From Yuukianura sp. NJ FZ-2021 (Eukaryota): 64,000 bases of DNA. A program made the translations under genes and the position numbers. The first letter of the stretch is position 1. The number at the start of each line of letters is the position of its first letter. Positions 19,111-30,317 of this stretch are shown here, piece after piece. The stretch is taken from positions 186,001 through 250,000 of the forward strand of contig JAJCTO010000012.1 of NCBI GenBank assembly GCA_046563655.1, given 5' to 3'. The notes under the pieces were generated by a model. The model saw only the letters and a program-made list of their open reading frames with translations, was not told the DNA's origin and ran no database searches.

Positions 19111-22100
19111 CTAAGTAAACCGTGCAGGTTTACGAATTTGTCGCCCTGCGCGTGTGACATAGGGCGTTTGTGACCTTTTGGTCTCATCTATGTCGGCCTT
19201 GTCGACCTTTGTGTCGACCTTCTCCTCTTCCGAGGACTCACTACTGCTCTCGCAACTGTCCTCGCTAGTCGAGGTTGCGGTAGAGCTACTGTCATTCTTT
19301 TCGTCGTCAGAAGTCAGAGGCGACGATGACGTAGGTATTGTAAAGTTTTGAAGCACTGGAGGCGGAGCATTGCCTTCCCCAACTTGAGTCGCTGCTACTC
19401 CCGGAGCAGCTTCAGAGGTCGCAAATTCGAGTAGTGATTCGGAGTATGGCTTAAGATGATCGATGTGGGCCCGAACATGAGGCGCGTCGGGATCGGCGCG
19501 TGGCACGCACCAGTACGAGAGTGGAGAGTGTTTCTTGGTGATGACGTAAGGTCCACGGTATCGCATCGCAAGTTTGCGAGAAGTACCGGGTGCTGGTTTG
19601 TGAACCTTGATGAGTACAAGGTCCCCTTCATTGTATTCGAAATCCCGTCGGCCGACGTTAAAGAGTTTGCATTGGCGTTGTTGGCTCTGTTGGAGACCTT
19701 TGCGTGCCGCGTCTCGTGCTTCCTGCATTCGCCGAATGCGCGTCGGGATGTCGGTGGATAGTCGGACTGTGTCGTACACGATGTCAAGAGGGTGATAGGG
19801 ATGACGACCGTAAAGGATATAATAGCTGCTATATCCAGTAGAGTCCTTGTGCACTGCAGTGTTGAGTGCAAAAACGGCGGATCCAAGATATTTGTCCCAG
19901 TTGCGCTGGTTCGACGAAACGTAGTTGGTGAGGATTTCTTCAATGCTACGGTTGTTCCGTTCCACCAGCCCATTAGTCCTGCTGTGGTATGGCGATGAAT
20001 AGACGTTGGTCGTCCCGATCAGGGAGTTGAATTGTTTGAAGAACGAAGCGGTGAATGTAGAGGCGTTATCCGTAAGGATCGTTTTGAAGACGCCGTGAAT
20101 TTGGATGATTTCCATAAGGAAATCTAGCATCGTTTTTGTAGTATTGTGGCGTATGGCCTTCGCGTAGACGTATCGTGAGAGGAACTCGACTAGGACGACA
20201 ATGTACTTATTTCTCGACTTTGTAGAGGGCAGGGGCCCGATGACATCTACACTGACTCGGTCGAAGAGGTCGCCGACAGGGATGGGTGACAACAGTCCGG
20301 CGGGGTGTGTGTTCCGGACTCGGCGCTTCTGACAGCTGGCACAGTTCCGTACCTACTCGGTTATAAGCGCGTCGAGCCTGAACGCGAATATGCTGTTCCG
20401 AGCCCTGGCAAGGGTTCGGGCGACGCCTAGATGACCCATGAGTACGTCGTCGTGAAAACGAGGTAGAACGGAGTGCATCATGTGCTTCGGAATTACAGGA
20501 AGGTTGGTCTTCGTTAGTTTGCACTTGTACTGTAGGAGGCCGTCGTCTACAGTAAAGCGTTTGTGGAGCTTGCTCCTAGCGTTTGTAGCGAGAATAGCTA
20601 AGATTTTCTGGAGCTTCTCGTCGTTTTGTTGTTGTTGCATGAGCTCGGTACGCGAATCTATCGGGGTAACAAATTGCATTGCGTACCAGTGTACTGGGAA
20701 CTCATCAGTAAATGTCGCAGCGTGATCCTCCACAGGGAAACGTGAGAGGCAGTCTGCTTGAACGTGGGTTTTCCCATTGACGTGCTTTATGGTGTAGTCC
20801 ACGTCTTGGAGTCGTAAAGCCCAACGTGCCAGGCGCGAGTTGCGCAAGTTCCTGCACGTCTTGAGGTAGCAGAGGGCGTGATGATCGACCACAATCGTAA
20901 AGGCTTTGAATCCAATATACTCTCGAAATTTTTCGATTCCCCACAGGACGGCTAGGCATTCTTGTTCACTGGTGTTGTAGCGCTCCTCAGCGCCACGGTA
21001 GGTGCGGCTGGCGTAAGCCACCACGCGTAAAGTGTCTCCCTCTCGTTGGTGGAGTATGGCGGCAATGCCCTTGTTTGACGCGTCTGTGTGTAGCTCGAGT
21101 TCTGCATTCTCATTAAAGAATGCGAGGATGGGTGCGGAAACCAAACATTGGCGAAGAGAATCGAAGGCTCCCTGTTCTTGGTCGCCCCATTGAAAAGCTA
21201 CGGTACTTTTCGTGAGCTCAGTCAGTGGTTTCGCAATTTGGCTGTAGTTCTTGATGAAGCGACGGTAATATCCAGTACAGCCAAGGAACGTCCGAACTTC
21301 GTGAACGTTGGTGGGAGGTCGCATCTCCGTGATGGCCTTAACTTTGTCAGGGTTGACGGCAACACCATCCCCCGTAATTATGTGTCCAAGAAGGGCTAAT
21401 TTCGTCTGCCCGAAATAGCATTTCGGGGGTTGAAGAGTAAGGTTGTAAGCACGAAACTGTCGGAAGACATTTTCCAAGTTGGCCAAATGTGACTGAAAAT
21501 CCTTGGCGAAGACGCATACGTCGTCAAGGTATGCAGTACAAATGGAGTGAATCCGCGTTCCAAGAACTGTCTTCATAAATGCGCTAAAGGCAGCTGGAGC
21601 GCAAGTTAAGCCGAATCCCATGTAGAGGTGTTCGTAAGCGCCAGCATGAGTCACAAAGCTCGTCTTTTCTACGTCGTCCGGATGAATCGGTATTTGGAAG
21701 TAGCCGGACATCAGATCCAGACAAGAGAAGTACTTGGCACCATTCAAGGAGGCCAATAGTTCAGAAATTACTGGCATAGGCCAGTTGATGGTTTTGGTGA
21801 CGAAGTTGAGTTTTCTCCAGTCAATGACCATCCGATACTTGTCACTGTTCGGTTTCTTAACTAAAGAAACTCCAGCGGCCCAAGGGGAGCGGCTTTCTCG
21901 AATAATTCCTGCTTGTAGAAGTTTGTCAACTTCTTCTTCAATTATTTTCTTCTCGGCCGGGCTTTTCTTGTAAGGTGGGCAGCTTACTGGTAGTGCGTCG
22001 CCAGTGTCGATACGGAAAGTTATATCTTTGGCTTTACCAAGTTGGTCCAAATTCCACGCGAAGATGTCGCCGTATTCTAAAATGAGAGCGCGGAGTTGCG

Positions 22101-23063
22101 CTTGTTCGTCGGGGCTTAAGTCTGGATTTATTTGAAGTTGGGCAATATTTTCCCGGGTTGATTCCTGTCGTTGTCGGCGGATTTCCTCCTCTGGTTCCGT
22201 TTCTCGAACCAAAACACGGTAGATATTCCCGACGTTGACTCCGCGGTACAACTTGACAGCGACTGGACGCGGATTATCTATGGGGATTTCGAAGTCTCCT
22301 CCTGCGACATGAGCGAGTCCTGGGGCACAAAGGCCTAACTTGTCGAGGGCTTGACTATTCGGTTCGAAAGCGAGTATTCCTCGGAGCTGGTCAACTGGAA
22401 AGACCTTGATGAGCGTAGTCGAGAATGGTGGCAGCATTGTTTCCTCAACTGTAAGAACTTTTGGCATCGAGGGACCATGAACCTGGGTAGCGTGAACTTG
22501 TTCGCGTTGCATTGTGTTTAGACTCAGTCCAAGTGCTGCTGGGGTACGTAGGTTGAATCCTCGCGGTACCTTCATACCTAGGAACTGGAAAGTTCCATGT
22601 TCCAGCGACTTCGAATACTTCAATTGCAGTTCATGTTCCAATGTAAAGTCATTCCCGAGGATATGTCCGCCAGGACATAAAACTTATGCGTTAGCAGAGT
22701 GGTTGACTTGCGGGAGAATGTGACTTGCCGATAGACGTAACCGAGTACCGTGACCTTCGACCCGTTTGGAAGGTCGAGAGCTGATGAAGAGTCTATGGGC
22801 CTGATTTCGTCCGAGGTGACATTGTTGAGCCGAATTATGCTGACTGGGCATCCCGTGTCAAGGAGACACGAGCATCGTTTGAGTTTTGAGTCTCGTGACA
22901 AAAATATGCTAATTATGAGATTGCCGACTGGATCCGTACTACTAGGGTCTCCTGGAAAAGCTGTATTGCGGGTCATCATAGCTAGAATTGGTCGTGTTGG
23001 ATTAGAGGGTTTAGCGTTTGAGTGGGCTTCAGACCTCTCTACTGTCGCCGCGCTGCGTTTCCC
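19111..23063 (-). pseudogene. pol: Pol of element C (PR-RT-RH-IN) with a frameshift near 22670 and an in-frame TAG at 20353-20355
   Basis: PR LLDTGC and HILGNDF lie in different frames; RT YLDD; RH HTDASNKG; TAG between the HH and CC of the integrase zinc finger with both sides in the same frame; DVIGP, TDNA, GPY. Confidence 0.92.
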
Positions 23064-24508
23064 TGAGCCGTTACGGTTCGTCCTGCCGTTGGAGCTGAAG
23101 CTACAGCTTCGGAAGAGTTGCCTCTGTGTTCCGGTTGTCGCCGGGGGCAATCGAACGTAAGGTGTTCTCCGTCACATTGAGCGCAGCGAGGGTCCCGAAT
23201 AGTGTTCCTCAGATATGATTGGTAGCGAGAGCACTCCGCTCGCCGGTGTTCCGGTGATCCACACTCGAAGCATCCACGGAACGTAGGGCGGTCTTGCCAT
23301 GGTCGCCATGGGCGACCGTTGCTGCGCTGTCCAGAGCTGTATGGATTGGTTCCCTGAGATTGACGTGGTTGATCGCGATTGTACCCGTGGCCTGCTTTGC
23401 CCCATGCTGGGCGCCGTTTCACCGTGCGTCGCTCCACAGCTTGTGGTTCCGCTGGTGCTTCCAAGTTCATGTTGTTGAAACGTGCAGTCAATCGGGGTAG
23501 ATCGGTGCCTGCCCGTTTCCGCTTCATCATGAAGTCGTAGTTCTCCTTTTCGATAAGAAACTGCGTCACATCTTGCGGCGTCTTCGGTTGACGTAGGAAT
23601 ATCTCGTGACTGACATCTGCTGGCAACCCCTTGAGCAGGAAGTTGACCCGCTTTTCGTCCTTCATGGTGGTCCCTTGGCTTTTGTCCAACTGGTCACATA
23701 GTCGCAGCACCTTGCCGCAGTAGTCTTCCACGCTCTCTTTTGGATTTCTCTTCCGTTGAGCCAAGCGGTATTCCAATTCTTCTTCAGTTAGCCGTGACTT
23801 GAAGCTAGTGTGGAATCCCTCCTTTAGGGTCTTCCACGGAAGGGCGACAACGTCGCCGTTGGCATCTCGATTGGCTGGGTCACGCTCCCAGTCAGTGCGA
23901 AAGTTCAAGAACCAAGTCTTCGCGTAGCCCTTGAGGTAAAGCGGCAGATGGCGCACTTTCGCAGCCTCGTCCCAACGTTGATTAACAGCTATTGCCTTGA
24001 AAGTCTCCCAGAAATTCCTGGCTGGGTAACCTCGCTTCCCTTCGAATGTTGAATCGCCCGGTGGTGTCCAAACGGATACCACAACACTCGGTGCGGGAGT
24101 CGTCAGCATAACAGGCTGCTGAGGTCCCGGAGTAGGTGGCGTGCCTGTGCCTCCTGGCGTTCCAGATGCTTGTGGCTGTCCACCACCGGTTAGATTCACA
24201 ACTGGGACTATTGAGCTTGGCCCACCAGCTCCTGCTGGCGGCGTCGGTGGGGTAGTCGTTGCGGGCACCGGAAAAGTGAACGCGCTCCCGGTCCCTCCGG
24301 CGGGTCCTGTTGTCCCGCCCGTTTGGCCCGTTGCGGGGCTAACGACAGGGTCGTTAGGGCTTGTCGCCGCACCGGCTCCTGCCGTGGGCGTCTTCGGTCG
24401 TTGCCGATCCCGTTCTTTTGCCTCCTTCAGTATTGCGGAGAGGTCCGCAGGTCCGTACGTTGGTGGAGTCCCGTCCTGCCGGGTGTGTCGATGAGCTGGA
24501 TCCGACAT
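23039..24508 (-). CDS. gag: Gag of element C
   Basis: Capsid-like LYLKGYAKTWF...ESVEDY; knuckles CFECGSPEHRRAEC and CAQCDGEHLTFDC. Confidence 0.92.
   Translation of the reverse strand: MSDPAHRHTRQDGTPPTYGPADLSAILKEAKERDRQRPKTPTAGAGAATSPNDPVVSPATGQTGGTTGPAGGTGSAFTFPVPATTTPPTPPAGAGGPSSIVPVVNLTGGGQPQASGTPGGTGTPPTPGPQQPVMLTTPAPSVVVSVWTPPGDSTFEGKRGYPARNFWETFKAIAVNQRWDEAAKVRHLPLYLKGYAKTWFLNFRTDWERDPANRDANGDVVALPWKTLKEGFHTSFKSRLTEEELEYRLAQRKRNPKESVEDYCGKVLRLCDQLDKSQGTTMKDEKRVNFLLKGLPADVSHEIFLRQPKTPQDVTQFLIEKENYDFMMKRKRAGTDLPRLTARFNNMNLEAPAEPQAVERRTVKRRPAWGKAGHGYNRDQPRQSQGTNPYSSGQRSNGRPWRPWQDRPTFRGCFECGSPEHRRAECSRYQSYLRNTIRDPRCAQCDGEHLTFDCPRRQPEHRGNSSEAVASAPTAGRTVTAQGNAARRQ
23057..23063 (-). promoter_or_regulatory. 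-1 frameshift slippery site G_GGA_AAC (gag to pol, element C)
   Basis: Canonical heptamer 5 codons before the gag stop; the -1 frame leads into the protease. Confidence 0.75.
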
Positions 24509-25929
24509 GGTTTACTTCGTCTTCTTCTTCTTCTTCTGAAAGGATCAGATGATTAGTTGTATTTGGTCCCCTAGGGCGTGGGATGATGTAGGGTCGAGGG
24601 TTGGACAACTTCCTCCCTCGGCATTTGCAGAAAAATGAAATAGCTATTGCCCCCATGCCGGCTAGTAACCCTACTATGAAACCGCGCATGAAGGTGTCGG
24701 GGTTGAATATGTCGGACATAAGGTGGGCAGTTTGACAGTCTACCCCCAGTTGAAGATATGCGTATAGGGACTTGTCCATGAGTAGCTTGTTTTCCCGGGT
24801 TATCAGCTGGACCCGGCCTTTCTCGTAAGTGTAAACGCCTCGTTCCGTGTCCCGAATACCGACAAGGCGTAGATCTCGTAGGTGAGGGTAGGGCATGTAG
24901 ATGTCGGGCTCGTCCCATAAGGTTTGTATCATGCCCTTCTCTAGGTATAGCGGCCTCCATCCAGTAGTCAGCTTGATCCAAAGGGTGTGTTCTGATGGGA
25001 AGTACCCCAAAACTGGGTATGTAATGCCAAAGATACTTCGGTGCTTGAGTCCTGGTGTGATTAGGTGGCCGTCTGATGAATATACTCCGATTTGGTCGTC
25101 AACCATAACATAGAGGTAACTCGCGACGCCGACTGTGAAGTTGATTCGGCCGTCCGGCGGGAAGTCCTCGAAGAAATCGGCATTCTGCACTGGAGTAGGA
25201 AGTAGTGTCCCAGCTCCTGTAACTTTAACGTGACTTTTCCCGTGGAACAAGAGGTGGTCCCCATTGAGGTATCCAACATGATCGTACCACAGGGTACTCA
25301 GGCCTCGGATGTTTTCTCCATCCGGCCCTTCGTCGAAGAATCCTGGTGGGTACAGGACTTTCAGTGCTTCTTCGTCGGGAACTCTTTTCCGTAACGTGCG
25401 GCCAGAACTGGTACCATGCTGTCATCACAGATCCTATGGCACGAGTGTGTGGCAAGGCCAAGGCGTGGCCTATTTCGTGTAGGAGTACCGAAAATAGATT
25501 GACGTGTTCGTCGTCTTCTCCGAGAGACCAAGTCTCGTTTGCGTCTAGGTGGATTTGTCCGCCCATAACTGATCCTGGATAGTGGGGGTGGGCTAGTGTG
25601 CCTCCGCGTCCGTCACTGGCGTCATCATGAATTTCGTGTTCGAAAGTGATGGGGATGTCAGCACTGCCTTCTACGTAAGTAAAGGTGAAGTTGGAATAGC
25701 GTTGCCACTTCACAAACGCCAGACTGGCGTCTGCCAGTGCTTCTTCTCGGTCCATATCATATGGAGTAGGTCCAAGGGTCCAGGTAAGGTCCCTCTTGGT
25801 CCACCGGTGAGGGTTCACCGGACTTCGTCGAGTTCGTGTCGCCGGTGCCCACGGGCACATCATCGTTCCGGCGACCTCTGCAGCAAGCGTCGCTCCGACG
25901 CAAAATACAAGGAGCATCCGTGGAGTCAT
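24354..25929 (-). pseudogene. Membrane-type matrix metalloproteinase-like gene (signal peptide, furin site, M10A catalytic domain, hemopexin-like repeats, TM), single frameshift near 25385
   Basis: RTRR|..RWTKRDLTW, DGRGGTLAH, GQIHLDANETW, HEIGHALALPH (25447-25479), Met-turn GSVMTAWY; the +1 frame continues PDEEALKVLY..WYDHVGYLNGDHLLFHGK..FIVGLLAGMGAIAISFF. Confidence 0.85.
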
Positions 25930-26958
25930 ACCGTCCAGGTATCCTGTAACAGGGTTGAACCGCCAAGGTTCGGTAATTTGTTTCATTGCTTCGTTTGTAG
26001 CCTCGTTGTGTTTCGCTCCTCGGGGTATGCGACAGGTGTCGAAGAAAAACCTCTGTCCTACGTCATCGCCTCTCTCGAGTGGTCGCGACTCCACCCTCAA
26101 AGCGACTTCGATTACTTGCGCTAAATGGGCAGCTGTAGGGTCTGGGACCTCAACATTCTACAGCCCGGTCAAAATTTACACCGTTGCCGAGGTGACGGCC
26201 CACCGTCCCTCAACCCGTTCCTTCACGGAATATTTCTAGACGTTCGGTTTCATCTACGCCAAGCGCGGAGAGCAGTGAATCTTCTATACAAGTCGTTAAT
26301 ACGCCAGCCAGCTACCCAACTGGCTGGGGAAGAAAGTAACGTCGAAAGAGAAGTGACGGAAGGAGTTTCCTACTCCCCCTTCAATTGTGAGAACAATACC
26401 GCCAACCGTGTATAAGTCAAACTGATGGCTACCGCAGTAACCTATGACCTTTGGCTAGAGCCACAGCCCTATACGGTGACCTTTGACCTGAGGCAGAGCG
26501 TGTGTGACAACAATAGAGGACTTTCACCTCAGCGAGGGTCACCTTCTCTATTGTGTCTGTTCGATGCCTGTGAGTACTTGGTCACCAGGGGGGGATAGCA
26601 CTGGTCGCGGTCACTTACGTAGTAGGTAGCTTCGTAGAAATCAGCTTGACTTGTTCGTTGGTTGCCCCAGGGTAGTTGCCCTAGGAGCCCTTTAATACTT
26701 AAATCTAAACTTTATTAGATGTTTGTACGTTATTGTCTTCACATTACGTTATTGTCTTTAAGTTACGTTATTGTCCTAAGTTACTGACTACGTTATAATT
26801 TCGCGCACGCATTCATTCGATACGTTAAATTACGTTAACAGCTGCATTAAAGGTTGCGGTATTGTAGTAACAATAGTCTTGCCTGAACAAAAAGCGCAAG
26901 AAAGAAAAGCAAACAGCGGCAGAGGCGGGAACCTCTTATTGTTTTAAAAGAAATTGCC

Positions 26959-26976
26959 ATCTCGGCAAATGCACCA
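26959..26976 (-). promoter_or_regulatory. PBS of element C, tRNA-Gly(GCC)-like
   Basis: TGGTGCATTTGCCGAGAT 2 nt after the 5' LTR; resembles the complement of the tRNA-Gly(GCC) 3' end (TGGTGCATTGGCCGGGAA). Confidence 0.65.
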
Positions 26977-26978
26977 TT

Positions 26979-27624
26979 TGTTACGCTCCTTTTTGCGCAA
27001 TACCGTTGGAAGGGCCCTCTGGGTCAACGTCCGTCTAGCCAAAGGGGTCAAGGGCCTTAGGGACCCCCTTCCCGGTGAGAGTTCGTCCGTTGTCGTGTAA
27101 GGAGTAATAATTAGTAAGTGAATTAAATAAAGAAATGAGGTTTCCCATACCTTCTTTCTATTCTTTCTGTGCTTATTTATTCGTAGTGGTGTATCGGGGT
27201 ACTTAGTGGTGCTATTGGGTAGTCTTCTTCTCAGCTTCCGTCCTTTCTTACTTCTAAATTGTGACTGAATGTTATTTATACAGAGGTGCTTAATTGCTTA
27301 ATTAAGGTTGCTAGGTGGTCGTTAATTGGAAATTTGAATAACAACTTTTGCTTCCCTAACCGCATTAGCGGCGCTGGCTGTGGTTGTTCTAATTGGATAA
27401 ATTTTCGATTTTAAATCACTTGGCCTTGTGGTCACTTGGCCTTGTGGTTTGTCCGCTCAGAAGGAGTTAGCCTGGTGCTTGGAGTGCTTAGTGACTAAGT
27501 CTACTTGGCAACTAGATGTGCTTAGCAACTAGGTAGTGCACGTGCGACCTTGGTCAGTGTTTTGTGGAAGTGAAAGTACAAGTGCAGGTACTGAAAGTAT
27601 TGTTGTGCAAGTGCAGGTGCAACA
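26979..27624 (-). repeat. 5' LTR of element C (646 bp)
   Basis: Direct repeat of 14729-15374, followed by the PBS on the - strand. Confidence 0.96.
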
Positions 27625-30317
27625 AACTGCAAAGACCAATGAAGGAACGGACACCTCTAACAGTCGTGGGAACGGGGAATTCACGAACTGCTTTTGTTTT
27701 GTTGGGGTCAACTGCAATTCCATCTCTGGAAACAATATGGCCAAGGAATTTCAGAAAATCTTCGCCAAAGTTGCACTTTTTGGGTTTAAGACTCAGACCA
27801 GCTCTTCTAAGGGCACAAAAAATTTGGGCTAAGTGATCCAAATGATCTCCAAAAGTTCGGGAGTAGCAAACCACATCGTCTAAATAAACGAGTGCTATGG
27901 ACCACTTTAAACGGCCTAAGACATTGTCAATTAGGCGTTGCCACGTCGCTGGTGCGTTTGTTAGACCAAAGGGCATTACAACGAACTCATATTGTCCGTC
28001 GGGGGTAACAAAACTGGTCTTTTCTCGGTCCTCAGGCTCCACCTCAACCTGGTAATACGCTTGATCACAATCCATGGAGGAAAAATACTTGGCGCCATTA
28101 AGTCTGTCTAGGGTATCATCAATTCGGGGGAGGGGGTAAGAATCTTTCCGAGTCACTGCGTTGACTTTACGAAAGTCAACACAAAACCGCCAACTTTCGT
28201 CGGGCTTTTTGACCAGAAGGACTGGGGAACACCAAGGGCTATCGCTCGGAGTAATAGCATTGAGATTCAAAAGACGCTCGACTTGGTTTTGAATTTCCCT
28301 CCGCTCAGTAAATCCAGTTCTGTGGGGATGGGAAGCAATCGGTTTAGCAGAACCTGTGTCGATTTTGTGGGTGGTTAGGTGAGTACGGCCAAGGGTAGCG
28401 GGATCAAAATTGAAAACATCCAAATTTGCGACAAGAAAATCTTGCATAATTTGGCGCTGTTCAGGGGTTAGGGAATTTGAAATCTGGAACGCCTCGATCC
28501 TCTTTTGCAGTTTCAGTGTTGCTATTTCAGCGTCATCATTAACCGAAAGTCCTAAGATCTCGTGCGCTGGGAGGGAAGATTGGGAGGATTTAGAGCTAAC
28601 ATGGTCGAATTCATCAAGGTCACAGAGTACTGAAGACTCTGCGAAGGGTTCGAAGGTGCCAATAGAGACGTTTTGAAGAAGTTTCACAGGGCGGTCACTC
28701 AAATTCCACAAGAACGTAACTCCACAACCATCTTTAAGCGTAGAAATAGAATTCCCAATGGCAATATGCTTCGCGTGTTGGAGCTCACGACGAGGGGAAA
28801 CCAAAATATCTCCTGTGAAAGGTAAATCAGTTTTTACGCTGACTCGCTTCATCGTTCTTGGGTTAATGAGGATTGACCTGGCCAGTCTCAGGCACGGAGG
28901 GGGAGTGGAATTTTGAGATAAATTCGAATTGCTCACGAAGGACGCTTCGGAGTCAAGTAGAGAAGGGGAATTTGAAGTATTTTGGGACTGGGATGAATTC
29001 TGAGCCATGTCATTAGCTAGAGTGTTGTGATTTTCGGGAATGGCCGTACATTTGGGAGGGATCGACTCTGGTTCTGCTTCCGAAGACTTTGGGATACTGG
29101 GGCTATCAGAAACTTCTTCAGTTTCTGACAAAGTTAATTTGTTAAGGACAGGGACTTGGGACTTTGGGATACAGACATACTCATTTCTGAGGTCTGTACA
29201 CGGGAGTTCACCTTTTACAAGGCGCTCATTCGCGGGATCCAAAAGAAAATTTTGGGAACGGAGGAAATCTGAGCCCATTTGAAAGGTGCTGGAAGATGTA
29301 AAATGGGTATTGGAAGGAGACGCCAGCAATTGAGAAAGTGATCATTGTAGTTTGGGGGGAACCACAACGAACGTAAGAACCAAAAGAAAGTTTGACACGA
29401 ACAGGTTGAACATCAACCGCTTGGGAAACAATATTGGGGAACCTCCTTAGAAAATCAGGGTGGACACAACAAAGAGAAGCACCTGTATCACACAGGACTC
29501 GAAGAGTCGTAGAACCAAAGACAACATTGGTGTGGAAAGTAGAATGGGGGGTGGAGTCAATTCCAGAAATGAACTTTGCAGCTGAGATTCCCGAAGGAAA
29601 CTCGGAATCATGGCTTGGGGACTTAGGTGGGGAATCAAAATCGAAAGAAGTGGGATCTGGAACTTTGGAATTTGCAGCTGAGAACTCAGGAGCCGAATAA
29701 TTTACCCAGTCAGCGACTCGGCTTACATTGGAGGGGCTAATGCCAAATTTGGAAGTGACAGAAACGGCTAGTGGGTTTGGTTGAGTAGGGCCACACACAA
29801 ATTCAGAAGGGCAAGGTTCGGAAGGGCCAACCCAAACAGAAACAAACTTTGGTACTGCAGCAGTAGGTTGAGTAGAGGGAAGAACAGAAGTAGTAGTAGC
29901 GGCGGTTGTAGTTGTAGGTCCCAGAAGGGAAGAAATGTGAGTAGCGGCGGAGTTACGAAGAGAAGTAGGGACTGTAGGAACTGCAGCGTCAGAACAAAAG
30001 TTTGGGAAAGTTGTAGTAACCTCCCCAACGACCAAAGGTGAAATAGGCTGGGGGTTTGATTTAGGACAAGTTCGGTGGTGGTCAAAAAGAGCTTGTAGTT
30101 TGAAAAGAAACTCTTCTGGAATGATTGGAATTTTAGAATTGTGCTTCCTGCCAAAAGCTGAACAATTCTTGTGGGTATGAAATTTAGGTTGTTTGATTTT
30201 TCGGAATTTGGGACGTGTTGGACAAACCCTGGGTGGGGCTTGTATCTTAATTTGAGAGACTGGATTGGGTGGTAATAGAAGCTGTCGTCCCTGCAACGGC
30301 AGCTCTATTGGTTTTCC
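27625..30317 (-). pseudogene. pol: Pol of element B, 5' part (S/T/P-rich spacer, protease, RT), frameshift near 29280-29300, interrupted by element C
   Basis: PR LCDTGAS in 29226-30401; GSDFL, WRFCVDFRKVN and YLDD in 27554-29329. Confidence 0.9.
30280..30317 (-). promoter_or_regulatory. -1 frameshift signal G_GAA_AAC + hairpin (gag to pol, element B)
   Basis: GGAAAAC at 30317-30311 just before the gag stop; downstream stem AGCTG(C)CGT/ACG(A)CAGCT. Confidence 0.6.

Larger units (their letters stand above)
14729..27624 (-). mobile_element. Element C: 12,896-bp env-bearing Gypsy (errantivirus-like) element nested in pol of B; MMP-gag-pol-env-exonuclease-like; TSD AACT
   Basis: 646-bp LTRs TGTTAC...GCAACA; AACT at 14725-14728 and 27625-27628; removing it restores B pol GLCS|YYRRF. 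Confidence 0.96.

Noticed and set aside
19077..19187. First 37 codons of the 794-aa env ORF
   Set aside because: They overlap the integrase end and lie upstream of the splice acceptor; the signal peptide starts at ATG 19076
25930..26100. N-terminal 57 codons of ORF 25225-26100 as part of the MMP
   Set aside because: TTG start; the signal peptide begins at ATG 25929, so the extension is probably untranslated
27554..27624. C-terminus LLHLHLHNNTFSTCTCTFTSTKH of the RT ORF of B
   Set aside because: Read-through into the inserted LTR of element C, not genuine pol sequence
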